From NCBI GenBank assembly GCA_963701965.1, contig OY969695.1, positions 2,240,001-2,304,000 on the forward strand: a stretch of DNA of 64,000 bases, in the 5' to 3' direction. Each line of letters begins with the position of its first letter. Position 1 is the stretch's first letter. Origin of the DNA: an uncultured Gemmatimonadales bacterium. GTDB taxonomy: Bacteria > Gemmatimonadota > Gemmatimonadetes > Gemmatimonadales > Gemmatimonadaceae. Positions 38,783 through 48,965 of the stretch are shown piece by piece. The notes beneath the pieces are model-generated. The model had not been told where the DNA came from. It ran no database searches and was given only the letters and a program-made list of their open reading frames with translations. Position numbers and translations under genes: made by a program.

Positions 38783-41700
38783 ATGTCGTACGTCGAGTTG
38801 CACTGCCACTCGGCCTTTTCGCTGCTCGATGGCGCATCGATTCCCGAAGCGTTGGTCGATCGCGCGGCCGCTCTCGGGATGCCGGCGCTGGCGCTCACCG
38901 ACCACGACGAGCTCGGAGGATTCGTCCGCTTTGCCCAGGCGGCGCGGACCGCCGGGATCGACGCCATCATCGGCAGCGAGATCACGGTCGCCGGATCGCA
39001 TCTGGTGCTGTTGGCCGAGTCCCGCCAGGGCTACGGCAACCTGTCGACGCTCATCACCCTCGGCCGGATGGGCGCTCAGCGCGGCGAGCCGTCGGTCGCG
39101 CTCGACCAAGTCGCGGCCCACGCCGCGGGACTCCTGGCGCTGACGGGTTGTCCCCGCGGGTGGGTGCCGTCGCGACTGGCGGCAGGCGACCCGCGCGGGG
39201 CCCGCGCGGCCGCGGGGACCTTGGTCGACATCTTCGGCCGCGACCACATCGCGATCGAGTGCTGGGATCACGGCCTGCCCGAGGAGCGCGAGCTCGTGCG
39301 CGGGCTCCTCGGTATCGCCAAGGCCGCCGGCGTGCCGTGGGTCGTCACCAACGACGTGCACTACGCCGAGCCCGGCGGCCGCATCGTGCAGGAATGTGTT
39401 GTCCTGCCTCCGACACCAGTCCACGCTCGACGCGATGGGGACGCGGCTCCGGCCGAACAGTGAGTGGTACCTCAAGAGCGACGCCGAGATGCGAAGCCGG
39501 TGGGAGGACCCCGCCGGGGTGCGGGCCACCGAGGCCATCGCCGAGCGTTGCCGGTTCCGGCTGGACGATCTCCACGCCACGCTCCCGCGGTTCGCGGTGC
39601 CGGACGACAAGACACCGGATGCCTACCTTGCCGAACTGGTCGAGCAAGGCGCGGTCGCGCGGTGGGGGGGGCGACGAACGGATAAGCAGCGGCGGCAGCT
39701 CGATCACGAGCTGGCCATGATCCGGCAGCTCGGCTACGCCGGGTTCTTTCTCATCGTCTGGGACATCATGCGGTTTGCCCGCGAAGAGGGCATCCTCGCC
39801 CAGGGCCGTGGCTCGGCGGCCAACTCGGCCGTCTGCTACTGCCTCGGCATCACGGCCGTCGATCCTATTCGCATGGGATTGCTCTTCGAGCGGTTTTTGA
39901 GCGAAGGACGGCGCGAGCCGCCGGACATCGATCTCGATTTCGCGCACCGCGAGCGCGAGCGGGTGATCCAGTACGTCTATGCCACGTACACGCGGGAGCA
40001 CGCGGCAATGGTCTGTGAGCAGATTACCTATCGCGGCCGCTCCGCGGTCCGCGATGCGGCGCGCGTGTTCGGGTTCTCGGTGGAGCAAGCCGGCGTCCTC
40101 GCCGATCTCAGCGATCGGTTTTCGGCGCGCGAGACCGCGGCGACGCTGCGCGGCGCTGACGCGCCGGCAGCGCGCCCCCGGCCGCTCAAGCGATCACCGC
40201 ACGAGATGCGGGCGGTCGCATCCAAGCCCAATGACGATCACGATCGCCATCACGATCATGAATACCACCACGAACCCGAGCACCGTCACGACCACGAAGA
40301 GCGGCGCAATCCGACGACGGCGATTCGGCCGCACGACCATGTGCTGACGCGCGCCGGGCTCGATCCGGCGGACCGGCGCGTCGCGCTCCTGGCCGACGTC
40401 GTCGACGGGCTGCATCAGCTGCCCCGGCATCGCTCGATCCACGTCGGCGGTTTCGTCCTGACCGACGAACCCTTGTCGACCGTCGTGCCGATCGAGCCGG
40501 CATCGATGCCGGACCGCACGGTGATCCAATGGGAACGCGACGATCTCGAAGGCGCGGGCCTGATCAAGATCGACCTGCTCGGCCTCGGGATGCTGACACT
40601 GCTGCAGGATTGCATCCTGTATATCGCCAGGATGCGGGGCACGACGATCGACCTGGCGCATCTCGACATGTTCGACGCGGACGTCTACGCCAGCATGAGC
40701 CGCGCCGACACCATTGGCGTCTTTCAGATCGAGAGCCGGGCGCAGATGAGCACCCTGCCGCGGCTCCAGCCGCGTTGCTTCTACGATCTCGTGGTCGAGG
40801 TGGCGATCATTCGCCCGGGTCCGATCCAGGGCGACATGGTGCACCCGTACTTGCGCCGGCGCGCGGGCCGTGAAACGATCGAGTACCCCCATCCCAAGCT
40901 CCGCCCGATCCTCGAGCGCACGCTCGGCGTGCCGCTCTTTCAGGAGCAGGGGATGCAGGTGGCCATCGCCTGCGCCGGGTTCACGCCCGGCGAGGCGGAC
41001 AACCTGCGCCGGGCGATGGGACACAAGCGTTCGCGCGAGAAGATGGCGGCGATCCAGGACGCGCTCGTGGGCGGCATGATCCGGAACGGCATCGCGCCGG
41101 ACCTGGCCGCGCGCATTTACAAACAGATCAACGGGTTCGCGGATTACGGATTCCCCGAGTCGCACGCCGCGAGCTTCGCGTTGCTCGTGTATGCGTCGGC
41201 GTATCTGCGCTTCTATTACGCGCCGGAGTTTCTGGCGGCCATTCTCAACGCGCAGCCCATGGGGTTTTACGCCCCGGGGACACTGGTCGAAGACGCCCGC
41301 CGTCACGGCGTCGAGGTGCGACCCGTCGATCTCACCTGCTCCGATTGGGACTGCACGCTCGAGTCTACGGCCTCCGCGCCCGCGACCCGTCTCGGCTTAC
41401 GCTGTGTCCGTGGCCTCGGCACCGCGGCGAAGAACGCGTTGGCCCGGGCGCGAAGCGCCGGGCCATTTCGATCGGTGGAGGATTTTGTCGATCGCGTGCG
41501 GCTTGATCGACGAGCGGTGCGACAGTTGGCGGAGGCTGGCGCGTTCGACACAATGGTCGGCGGGACGCGCCGCGACGCGCTGTGGCGCGTGCTGGAAGCA
41601 CAGCGCGGGACCGGCGGGCCGCTCGTCGTGCACCCGCCCACCCCCACCCCGGCGCACGTGCCGGCAATGGCGCCGTACGAACTGACCGCGGCCGACTATC

Positions 41701-42092
41701 GCACGACCGGTCTCTCCCTCAACGGCCACCCCATGATCCACCTGCGCGCGACGATCCGGCCCAATGGGATTCGCACGGCCCTGGACATCGTGACGCACGG
41801 GCGGGACGGCGAACGGATCGCGGCGGCGGGGCTCGTCATCTGCCGCCAGCGGCCGGGCACGGCGAAGGGATTCGTCTTTCTGACGCTCGAAGACGAAACG
41901 GGCACCCTCAACGTGGTCGTCACGCCGAAACGCTTCGAGCGCCACGCGCTCGTGATCTCGCGGACGCCACTGCTTTTGGTGCGGGGCACACTGCAGGTGG
42001 AAGAGGGGGTCGTGAACCTGCGGGCCGACACGTTCAAGGTCCTCGACGCCCCGGTGGGCGCCGAGCACGCCCAGCGCCACGACTTTCACTAG
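38783..42092 (+). CDS. dnaE2: error-prone DNA polymerase III alpha (DnaE2/ImuC), +1 frameshift at about 39393
   Basis: YVELHCHSAFSLLDGAS PHP domain, GRGSAANS, PPDIDLDF, KIDLLGLGML, FQIESRAQM, YGFPESHAASF, C-terminal RHDFH. Confidence 0.93.
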
Positions 42093-42330
42093 CCGCCGCC
42101 GACTCCCGATCCACGATCGTCCCGAACTGGGTCCACGACACGTTCATCGCGGACAGCAACTGATCGATTTTCACCGCGGTCGGATTGAACACGCCCCGTT
42201 CGATTCGGCTGATATACGCGCGCGCGACACCCGCGGTCGCCGCCAGGCGTTCTTGAGACACGCCGGCCTCCTCGCGAACGACGCGAATCGCTTTCGCCAG
42301 AATCGCCGAGGTCACGGCACGCGGGCGCAC
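42034..42330 (-). CDS. XRE family HTH transcriptional regulator
   Basis: IRVVREEAGVSQERLA..AGVARAYISRIERGVFNPT. Confidence 0.85.
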   Translation of the reverse strand: MRPRAVTSAILAKAIRVVREEAGVSQERLAATAGVARAYISRIERGVFNPTAVKIDQLLSAMNVSWTQFGTIVDRESAAASESRGAGRARRPPGRRGP

Positions 42331-42624
42331 GCTGCGTATTAATTCGGCCGCCGATCACGCGTCAGCGTCGTATGCGGCCACGCCTTATAGAGCCCTTGCC
42401 TTATAAGGCCACGGGTGAAAACTCACCGTTGTGCCAAGCGGCGTACGCTGGCAAGATGCAGAAAGGCAGACGCCGCGCCGCATGGATTCCCCTCACCAGT
42501 CGAAAAACCAAGACAATGCTCCGACCCTGGCGCACATTGCTCGCCGCCCGTCAGCTCACTGTCACCTTCACATTCGTAGTCGGCGTCCGCTTCCGGCGCA
42601 TCGGCCGTCGGAAGCGAAGAAACC

Positions 42625-43614
42625 CTACCGCGGCGACACGGCCTGCGCGCGCGGGGGTGAGGTGCGCCAGGTGAGCGACCAGCGGCGCTCCGCGCCCGGC
42701 GCGAGCCACCCGGCGCTGTCCCACGGCTGCAGCAACGCGTTCGTGAGCGAGTCCGGCGCGCCAATGCAGGGCGCGAGGGAGAGCGTCGTCGACGGTTTGG
42801 TCCGCCGGGTCGCGCTCCAGCCGCGCCGATTGAGCCAGAGCGCCACATAGGGCGCCTCGGCCGCATCGAAGACGGCCTCCAGGCGCGCGCCGCCCTGCTC
42901 CACCCCCACGACGACCGGCCCCGCGGGCATCGTCAGAAAGAGCTTGCAGGCGTAACTCTTGGCCACGGCATCCGGCCAGGAGAGGTCGGCGATCTTTTTC
43001 TCCAGGCGCGCCCGCGGCCAGCGAAATTCGTCGGACATGCCGCTGGCGTCGCCGTAGCGGCCATCCGCGCGCACGAGTGCACCGGCCGGCAGATCGAGCC
43101 ACGTGTCCTGCGTGAGCGACAGGATGGGCTGCGCGGACCAGAGGAACGGCATCGGGTCCTCGCTCAGGTTTTGCACCGCGTAGCGCATCAGCACGGTGCC
43201 CGCGGTCGTCACCTGCACGCTGCGCGTGAAGCGGTACGGCATCCGAAACCGGTACGCCATCTTCTTGCCGTCCCACACGCACGTCGCCGCCTGCCCATCG
43301 GCCGGCGTCTCCACGGTCACGTCGGGCCGCGCCGACCACAGCTCGCCGTGATCCGGCAGCTTCACCCCTCCGTATCGCTTGATGCTGCCCGGGATGTCAC
43401 ACGGCGCGACCGTCGGGAAGCACTCGTCGTAGCCTCCCAACTCGCCGGTGTCGCTGTACACCATGGTGTCCGCCGGCGCCGCGGGCGTGACGCCCGGGTT
43501 GGACCACAGCCACTGGCGTCCGCCGATCTCCAGGATGTCGATCTTGCCGCCGAGCGCCGGGACAATGCGCACGCGCGACCCGCCCCCTTGCAGCTCGACG
43601 AACCCGAGATTCAC
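42625..43614 (-). CDS. galactose mutarotase-like (aldose 1-epimerase fold) protein
   Basis: IVPALGGKI, QWLW, GGYDECFPTV, PDHGELWS; GTG start overlaps the ispH stop. Confidence 0.75.
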   Translation of the reverse strand: MNLGFVELQGGGSRVRIVPALGGKIDILEIGGRQWLWSNPGVTPAAPADTMVYSDTGELGGYDECFPTVAPCDIPGSIKRYGGVKLPDHGELWSARPDVTVETPADGQAATCVWDGKKMAYRFRMPYRFTRSVQVTTAGTVLMRYAVQNLSEDPMPFLWSAQPILSLTQDTWLDLPAGALVRADGRYGDASGMSDEFRWPRARLEKKIADLSWPDAVAKSYACKLFLTMPAGPVVVGVEQGGARLEAVFDAAEAPYVALWLNRRGWSATRRTKPSTTLSLAPCIGAPDSLTNALLQPWDSAGWLAPGAERRWSLTWRTSPPRAQAVSPR

Positions 43615-44828
43615 CGGGCCTCTTCGACCGTGATCCCTCGTGTGGCGAACACGCGCGCCACGGCCTCGCCGATCTTGTTGTTCGGCGTGCTCGCTCCCGC
43701 GGTAATGCCCACGCGGACCGGCCGGTTCTCCGGCAACCATCCGGTGGTCTCGATCTCGTCGTGGGCGCCCGCCGGCCGGTGGCGGATCGTGCCGGCCGCG
43801 ACGTCGAGACAGCACGCGTCCTCGACGTGATACGTCGCCACCTTGGCCGCGCAGATCGCCGCCAGGGACAGCGTGTTGCTCGAGTTGTACCCGCCCACCA
43901 CCAGCATCACGTCCAGCGGCTCGGCCAGCAACGCCTCGACGGCGTCCTGCCGGTCCTGCGTCGCGCTGCAGATCGTGTCGAACGTCCGAAAGTTCTCCGT
44001 CCGGTACGCCGCGCCGCGCGCCCGCGCCATCGCCGCGCCAATCTCCTCGCCGATCGCCAGGGACTCGCGCGCCAACATGGTCGTCTGGTTCGCCACGCCA
44101 ATGCGGGCCAGGTCGCGGTCCGGATCGAACGCCGGCAATGCCGCGCGCGCGAACTGCGTCAGGAACGCCGCCCGGTCGCCGCGGCCCTCAATGTAGTCGC
44201 AGACGATCCGGGCCTCGTCCATGTCGCGGACCACGAGGTAGTGCCGTCCGCTGTACTTCTCCACCTGCGACGCGGTGGCCCGCGTCTCCTCGTGGTAGTA
44301 CTTGCCGTGGATGAGCGCCGTGAACCCGTCCCGGGCGTAAGAATCGACGCGCTTCCAGACGTTCAGCACCGACCCGCACGTGGTGTCGACCATCACGACG
44401 CCTTTTTGTCGCAGCGTCTCGAAGTCCTGCATGGTGACGCCGAACGCCGGCAGGATCACCACGTCATGCGCGTCGACCGCCCGGAAATCGAATCCCTCGA
44501 GTCCCGGTGACAGGAACTCGATCCCCATCTCCCGCATCTTCGCGTTCACGTGCGGGTTGTGGATGATCTCGCCCGCCAGGAAAATCCGCCGGTCGGGAAA
44601 TTTCGTGCGCGTCTGATAGGCGTATTCGACGGCCCGCTCGACGCCATAGCAGAACCCGAACTCGCGCGCCAGCCGGACGGTGACATCGCCGGCCGTCAGC
44701 GTATAGTCGTTCGCCCGCAGGAGGTCGACCAACCGCCCCGAGTAGTCCGCCGTCAGCGAATCCTGCACCTCGGACTTGAGGCCGAAGCCCTTGCGGTAGT
44801 ACGTCGGGGAGACGTCGGAGGCGGGCAT
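43611..44828 (-). CDS. ispH: 4-hydroxy-3-methylbut-2-enyl diphosphate reductase
   Basis: FGFCYGVERAV, EIIHNP, DTTC, HEET, NQTTM, TICSATQDRQ, GGYNSSNT, GITAGASTP. Confidence 0.96.
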   Translation of the reverse strand: MPASDVSPTYYRKGFGLKSEVQDSLTADYSGRLVDLLRANDYTLTAGDVTVRLAREFGFCYGVERAVEYAYQTRTKFPDRRIFLAGEIIHNPHVNAKMREMGIEFLSPGLEGFDFRAVDAHDVVILPAFGVTMQDFETLRQKGVVMVDTTCGSVLNVWKRVDSYARDGFTALIHGKYYHEETRATASQVEKYSGRHYLVVRDMDEARIVCDYIEGRGDRAAFLTQFARAALPAFDPDRDLARIGVANQTTMLARESLAIGEEIGAAMARARGAAYRTENFRTFDTICSATQDRQDAVEALLAEPLDVMLVVGGYNSSNTLSLAAICAAKVATYHVEDACCLDVAAGTIRHRPAGAHDEIETTGWLPENRPVRVGITAGASTPNNKIGEAVARVFATRGITVEEAR

Positions 44829-44847
44829 GCCCAAATCTAGCGGACGA

Positions 44848-45489
44848 TCACTGCGTCGGCGTCAGTTGCACGCCGTTGACATTGCCAATGCCCATGGAGA
44901 TGTAGGGCGGGAAGTTGGCGCTCCACTGGACGTTGACCTTGGTGCAACCCCCGGTCGGCACGGTCAGGTGCGAGAGGGGGGTTTTGACGCACAGGCCGCG
45001 GGCGACAACGTCCTTCACTACCACCGTCGCGGTGCTGTCGACAAGAGCGCTCGCCACCGTATCCGGGTAGAAGACCACCGACGTCCGTAGGGTATCACCC
45101 GACGCCTTCTTCTCGAACGTCATCGTCGCCTCGATGAAGCTCGTGGGGTTGAGCGCCCCCGACCACGCCGCCAGGACATACGACGAGTCGATCGTCACGC
45201 CGCCAGGACCCGCGACCGGGATGACGCTGGCAATGGTTACGGCCTCGTAGACGGTCTGGGTCCCTTCGACGTTGATCTGGATGATCCCCGGCACGACGCC
45301 GAGCGCGACGGCATCGTCGATCGTCTGGAGCCACGCGATGCGGTGATTCCCCGCCGACATCGATCCGGCCAGCGAGTCGAAATGGAGCGCCAGCTGGGCG
45401 CTCGTCTGGGCCGGGGTCGACGACGGGGCCACCGTCTGGTCGCTGCAAGCCGCCAGCAGTAGCACAGCGGGGAACAAGCGTCGCTTCAT
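44848..45489 (-). CDS. hypothetical lipoprotein (paralog 1)
   Basis: MKRRLFPAVLLLAAC lipobox; LALHFDSLA. Confidence 0.8.
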   Translation of the reverse strand: MKRRLFPAVLLLAACSDQTVAPSSTPAQTSAQLALHFDSLAGSMSAGNHRIAWLQTIDDAVALGVVPGIIQINVEGTQTVYEAVTIASVIPVAGPGGVTIDSSYVLAAWSGALNPTSFIEATMTFEKKASGDTLRTSVVFYPDTVASALVDSTATVVVKDVVARGLCVKTPLSHLTVPTGGCTKVNVQWSANFPPYISMGIGNVNGVQLTPTQ

Positions 45490-45490
45490 G

Positions 45491-46195
45491 TCATCGCTCC
45501 GCAATGCGCAGAGTGCCTTGCCCCGTGGCTCCGGCCGCGCCGAGGTCGAGCCGGACGCCGGGGATCGGTTGAGTCGGCATGTCGAGGCGCGCCGCCGGGT
45601 CGGTTGATGTCCTCTGGCGCAGGCGGACGCTGAACGACCACGTCGTGGCCTGCCGCGCGCAACGCACGCCCGAACCAAACGGGTCCGCGTGGAGCGGCGT
45701 AAAGGGGCATCCGGTGCGGAGGTCCGCGCGGGCGACGCTGATGGTGCCCGAATCGGACACGAGCAGGCCGCTGCCGTCGGGCGTGTAGGTCACCGTGCCC
45801 GCCGCGGCTCCGCCGGCGGTCGGACGGGCGCTCACCGTCGCCAGGATGAACGCGGACGGCTCCCACCCATCCCATGCCACGGCGACGAACTGCGAGTCGC
45901 GAGGTCCCACGACGCCCTCGTAGGCCAGCGCGTCGAACTGTCGCGTCACCCCATCGGCCACGATGGCCACTGGCACGGGGCGGACGCCACGGGCGAGACC
46001 AACCGTGATCTCGCGGAGGTAGTCCGCCCGCATGCCTTGGCCGGCGGCCGAGGCCCGGATAGCGAGGCTGTCGTAGTGCATGGCGAGCGCACTCGCTCTC
46101 GGTCCCGTCGGTGCCGTTCCGGCGCAGGCACCGAGCAGGGAGGCAACGGCCGCCGGCGCGACCACCAGGCGGCGAAACCGACGAGCGCCATGCAT
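45491..46195 (-). CDS. hypothetical lipoprotein (paralog 2)
   Basis: LLGAC lipobox; LAMHYDSLA. Confidence 0.75.
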   Translation of the reverse strand: MHGARRFRRLVVAPAAVASLLGACAGTAPTGPRASALAMHYDSLAIRASAAGQGMRADYLREITVGLARGVRPVPVAIVADGVTRQFDALAYEGVVGPRDSQFVAVAWDGWEPSAFILATVSARPTAGGAAAGTVTYTPDGSGLLVSDSGTISVARADLRTGCPFTPLHADPFGSGVRCARQATTWSFSVRLRQRTSTDPAARLDMPTQPIPGVRLDLGAAGATGQGTLRIAER

Positions 46196-46205
46196 CCGAC
46201 CGAAT

Positions 46206-46898
46206 CTAGCGTATCACCAGTGGCCCGGGCGACCCGCCGTTCGGCAGGCTCAAGGTTTCGAGACCAGGAAACCGGAAACCAAACTGCCATTCGAGCAACG
46301 CGCCCGCGCACTGCGACGCGTTCGAATCGTTGCCCTCCGAGGGGATCGTCGTGAACACGCACGGGGACCCGACCGCACCGAATTGCGCCGTCACCGCCCC
46401 GGAGTCGGCGCGCACGACCTTCGTGCCGATAATCGACACCGCCTGCACGCCGCCGGTATCGGCGTCGAGGCCGAGGACGTTGAGCTGCGGCGCGATCGGC
46501 GGGGCGATGCCCTGCACGTCGCCGACCACGGCCACGATCATGGTGTCGGCGGGGATGTCTTTCCACGCGGTGAAGACCAGGACCGAATCCACGATGCTGT
46601 CGGCACCCGACGGCTCGGTGACCACCTTCGCCATACTCCACGAGAGGGCGTGGTAGGTGTCACCCAACGGCGACTTCGAGCTGAAGACCAGGGTGATCGG
46701 GTCCACGCCGTCGACGACGGCCCGGAGCGCCAACTTGACCCCGGCCGCGCGGGCGAGTTGTCCGGCCGCCGTGGCCGCCGTGGCCACCGAATCGAGGAAG
46801 CTGGCCAGCTTGGTATCGGCATGAGCCGGGGGGATGGTCGTGTCCTGGCAGGCAGCCAGCGCGACCGCGGTGATGAGTCCTAAACAATGAAGGCGCAT
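46206..46898 (-). CDS. hypothetical lipoprotein (paralog 3)
   Basis: LAAC lipobox; LASFLDSVA. Confidence 0.8.
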   Translation of the reverse strand: MRLHCLGLITAVALAACQDTTIPPAHADTKLASFLDSVATAATAAGQLARAAGVKLALRAVVDGVDPITLVFSSKSPLGDTYHALSWSMAKVVTEPSGADSIVDSVLVFTAWKDIPADTMIVAVVGDVQGIAPPIAPQLNVLGLDADTGGVQAVSIIGTKVVRADSGAVTAQFGAVGSPCVFTTIPSEGNDSNASQCAGALLEWQFGFRFPGLETLSLPNGGSPGPLVIR

Positions 46899-46976
46899 AT
46901 AGTTCTGTAAAACATATGGATAGGCTCGTTCCTCCGCCACTATGGACACCCCGCGCCTGAGCGTACGTTTCGGCCA

Positions 46977-47969
46977 ATGCGTGAGGACGAAGGCGAAGGC
47001 CGGCCGGAGCTGCTCCGCCCGCCCGCGTTGTGCAAGGGCGATGCGATCGGGGTCGTGGCTCCCTCGTACGCTCCCCGGCCGGGATGGCTCTCGCGCGGCG
47101 TCAAAGCGTTGGAACGCGCCGGCTATCCCGTGGTCTTGGACTCGGAGTTGGCCACCCTACGCCGGTTCCAGCGCGCCGAAGACGAGCGGCGGGCCGAGAA
47201 CTTCATGGGCATGTGGCTCGACCCCAGGGTCAAGGCCGTTATCGGCGGGACCGGCGGCTACGGCGCCGTCCGCATGCTCCCGCACCTGGAGCCCGAGATC
47301 TTTCGCCTCAACCCCAAGAGTTTCGTCGGCTATTCGGACGTGACGGCGTTGCACCTGTGGCTCATGCGTCGCGCGAATCTGCGCGTGTTCCATGGGCCGA
47401 CCGTCGACGACTTGATCCCCAGCGTGCGCGATCCGACCATGTCGTCCTTGCTGGCGGCGCTCACGGTGCCGAGGCCGGCCACGCGCATCGGGCGCGACGT
47501 CGCCCGGGTCGTCCGTCCGGGGCGGGCCGTCGGGCGCCTCACGGGAGGCAACCTGTCACTGGTCCAGCAGTCGATTGGCACACCGTACGAGATCGACACC
47601 CGCGGGGCGATCCTCTTTTTGGAAGAGACCCGGGAGCCGATGTCGGTCGCCGACGAGCGTCTCGTGCACCTGCGGGCGGCGGGCCTCATGCGGAATGTGC
47701 GGGGCGTCGTGTTCGGCCAACTCTCGCTCGACCGATCCGAGGAAGACGAATTCGAGGACTTTCTCACGGATCTGGTGTCGGATCTCGACGTGCCGATCAT
47801 CACCGATTTTCCCTCCGGGCATGAGATTCCGAATCTCACGCTGCCGCTGGGCACGGAAGTGGAGTTGGTGGCCGAGGAGCACACCGGTTGGTTGGTGTAC
47901 CGCGAGGACGCCTTGATCGCGCCCGCGACGCCCGCTATCGTCGGGGCGGCGGCATCGGCTGCCGACTGA
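46977..47969 (+). CDS. LD-carboxypeptidase (peptidase S66)
   Basis: IGVVAPS, GGYGAVR, FVGYSDVTAL, GGNLSL, LFLEE, FPSGH. Confidence 0.93.
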   Translation: MREDEGEGRPELLRPPALCKGDAIGVVAPSYAPRPGWLSRGVKALERAGYPVVLDSELATLRRFQRAEDERRAENFMGMWLDPRVKAVIGGTGGYGAVRMLPHLEPEIFRLNPKSFVGYSDVTALHLWLMRRANLRVFHGPTVDDLIPSVRDPTMSSLLAALTVPRPATRIGRDVARVVRPGRAVGRLTGGNLSLVQQSIGTPYEIDTRGAILFLEETREPMSVADERLVHLRAAGLMRNVRGVVFGQLSLDRSEEDEFEDFLTDLVSDLDVPIITDFPSGHEIPNLTLPLGTEVELVAEEHTGWLVYREDALIAPATPAIVGAAASAAD

Positions 47970-47971
47970 GC

Positions 47972-48577
47972 ATGCACACACGGCTGTGGCTCGACTTCGT
48001 CAATACGGACAATGCACGGCGGGGTACCGGCGCCGACGTGCTGGGTGACTTCGCGACCTTCTTGGCCTGGCTGGCCGCGGCGGGAGCGCTCGACTCGGAT
48101 CGCGTGTCCGGTATCCTGCGGCGCGCCGAGCAGCAGCCCGCGGGCGCGGGCGCGGTGTTGGCGGACGCGCGGCGGGTACGGGTGGCGTTGCGCGTGCTCG
48201 CCGAGTGCGGCGCGCAGGTGGAGCGGGCGCGCCTCGACGCGCTCGCCGAGATCAACCGCGTGCTCGGGCGGAGCGCCGGCACCCGGCGCATCGATCTCCG
48301 CGGGGACGGGCGCTTCGTGCGGACGTTTGCGCCGGTCGGCGACGCATTTGCCGGCCTCATGATCCCGGTGGTCGATTCCGCCGGCGACGCGCTCGTCACT
48401 GGCGAGCTGGTTCGCGTGCGCCGGTGCGTCGGCGCCCGGTGCACGCGCGTATTCCTCGATGTCACCAAGAACGGGCGCCGCCGGTGGTGCGACATGGCCA
48501 CGTGCGGGAACCGCGCCAAGGCGGCGCGGCACCGCGAGCGCGTGCGCGAGCGCGTCGTCGACTCGGAGTTGGCGTAA
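47972..48577 (+). CDS. ABATE/CGNR zinc-finger protein
   Basis: LDFVNT; C....C...FLD.TKNGRRRWCDMATCGNRAK. Confidence 0.93.
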   Translation: MHTRLWLDFVNTDNARRGTGADVLGDFATFLAWLAAAGALDSDRVSGILRRAEQQPAGAGAVLADARRVRVALRVLAECGAQVERARLDALAEINRVLGRSAGTRRIDLRGDGRFVRTFAPVGDAFAGLMIPVVDSAGDALVTGELVRVRRCVGARCTRVFLDVTKNGRRRWCDMATCGNRAKAARHRERVRERVVDSELA

Positions 48578-48578
48578 C

Positions 48579-48965
48579 GTGACGCTCGACGCCAGCGATC
48601 TGGCTGCGTCCCTCACCGTTGGTGATATCCGAAAGAGCCTCGCGTGGTACCGCGACGTCCTGGGTTTCACGGTCCATCAGGAGCACGCGCGCAACGGGAC
48701 GCTGCGCGCGGTCTCGCTCCGCGCCGGGGCCGCCCGGATCCTGCTATCGCAGGATGACGGCGCCAAAGGCCCTGACCGGATCAAGGGTCAGGGGATTTCG
48801 TTGCAGCTCACCACGGCGCAGAACATCGACGAGATCGCGCAACGCGTGACGGCACATGGAGCCGTGCTCGACACCGAGCCCACCGACGCCTTCGGGGCGC
48901 GGATGTTTCGCGTGCGCGACCCGGACGGATTCCGCCTGACGATCTCGTCCGGCCGTCCCGGCTAG
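48579..48965 (+). CDS. VOC/glyoxalase family protein
   Basis: LTVGDIRKSLAWYRDVLGF, FGARMFRVRDPDGF. Confidence 0.9.
   Translation: MTLDASDLAASLTVGDIRKSLAWYRDVLGFTVHQEHARNGTLRAVSLRAGAARILLSQDDGAKGPDRIKGQGISLQLTTAQNIDEIAQRVTAHGAVLDTEPTDAFGARMFRVRDPDGFRLTISSGRPG

Noticed and set aside
43228..43260. Short duplication MAYRFR/MPYRF in the mutarotase-like gene
   Set aside because: An 18-nt in-frame duplication with no evident significance
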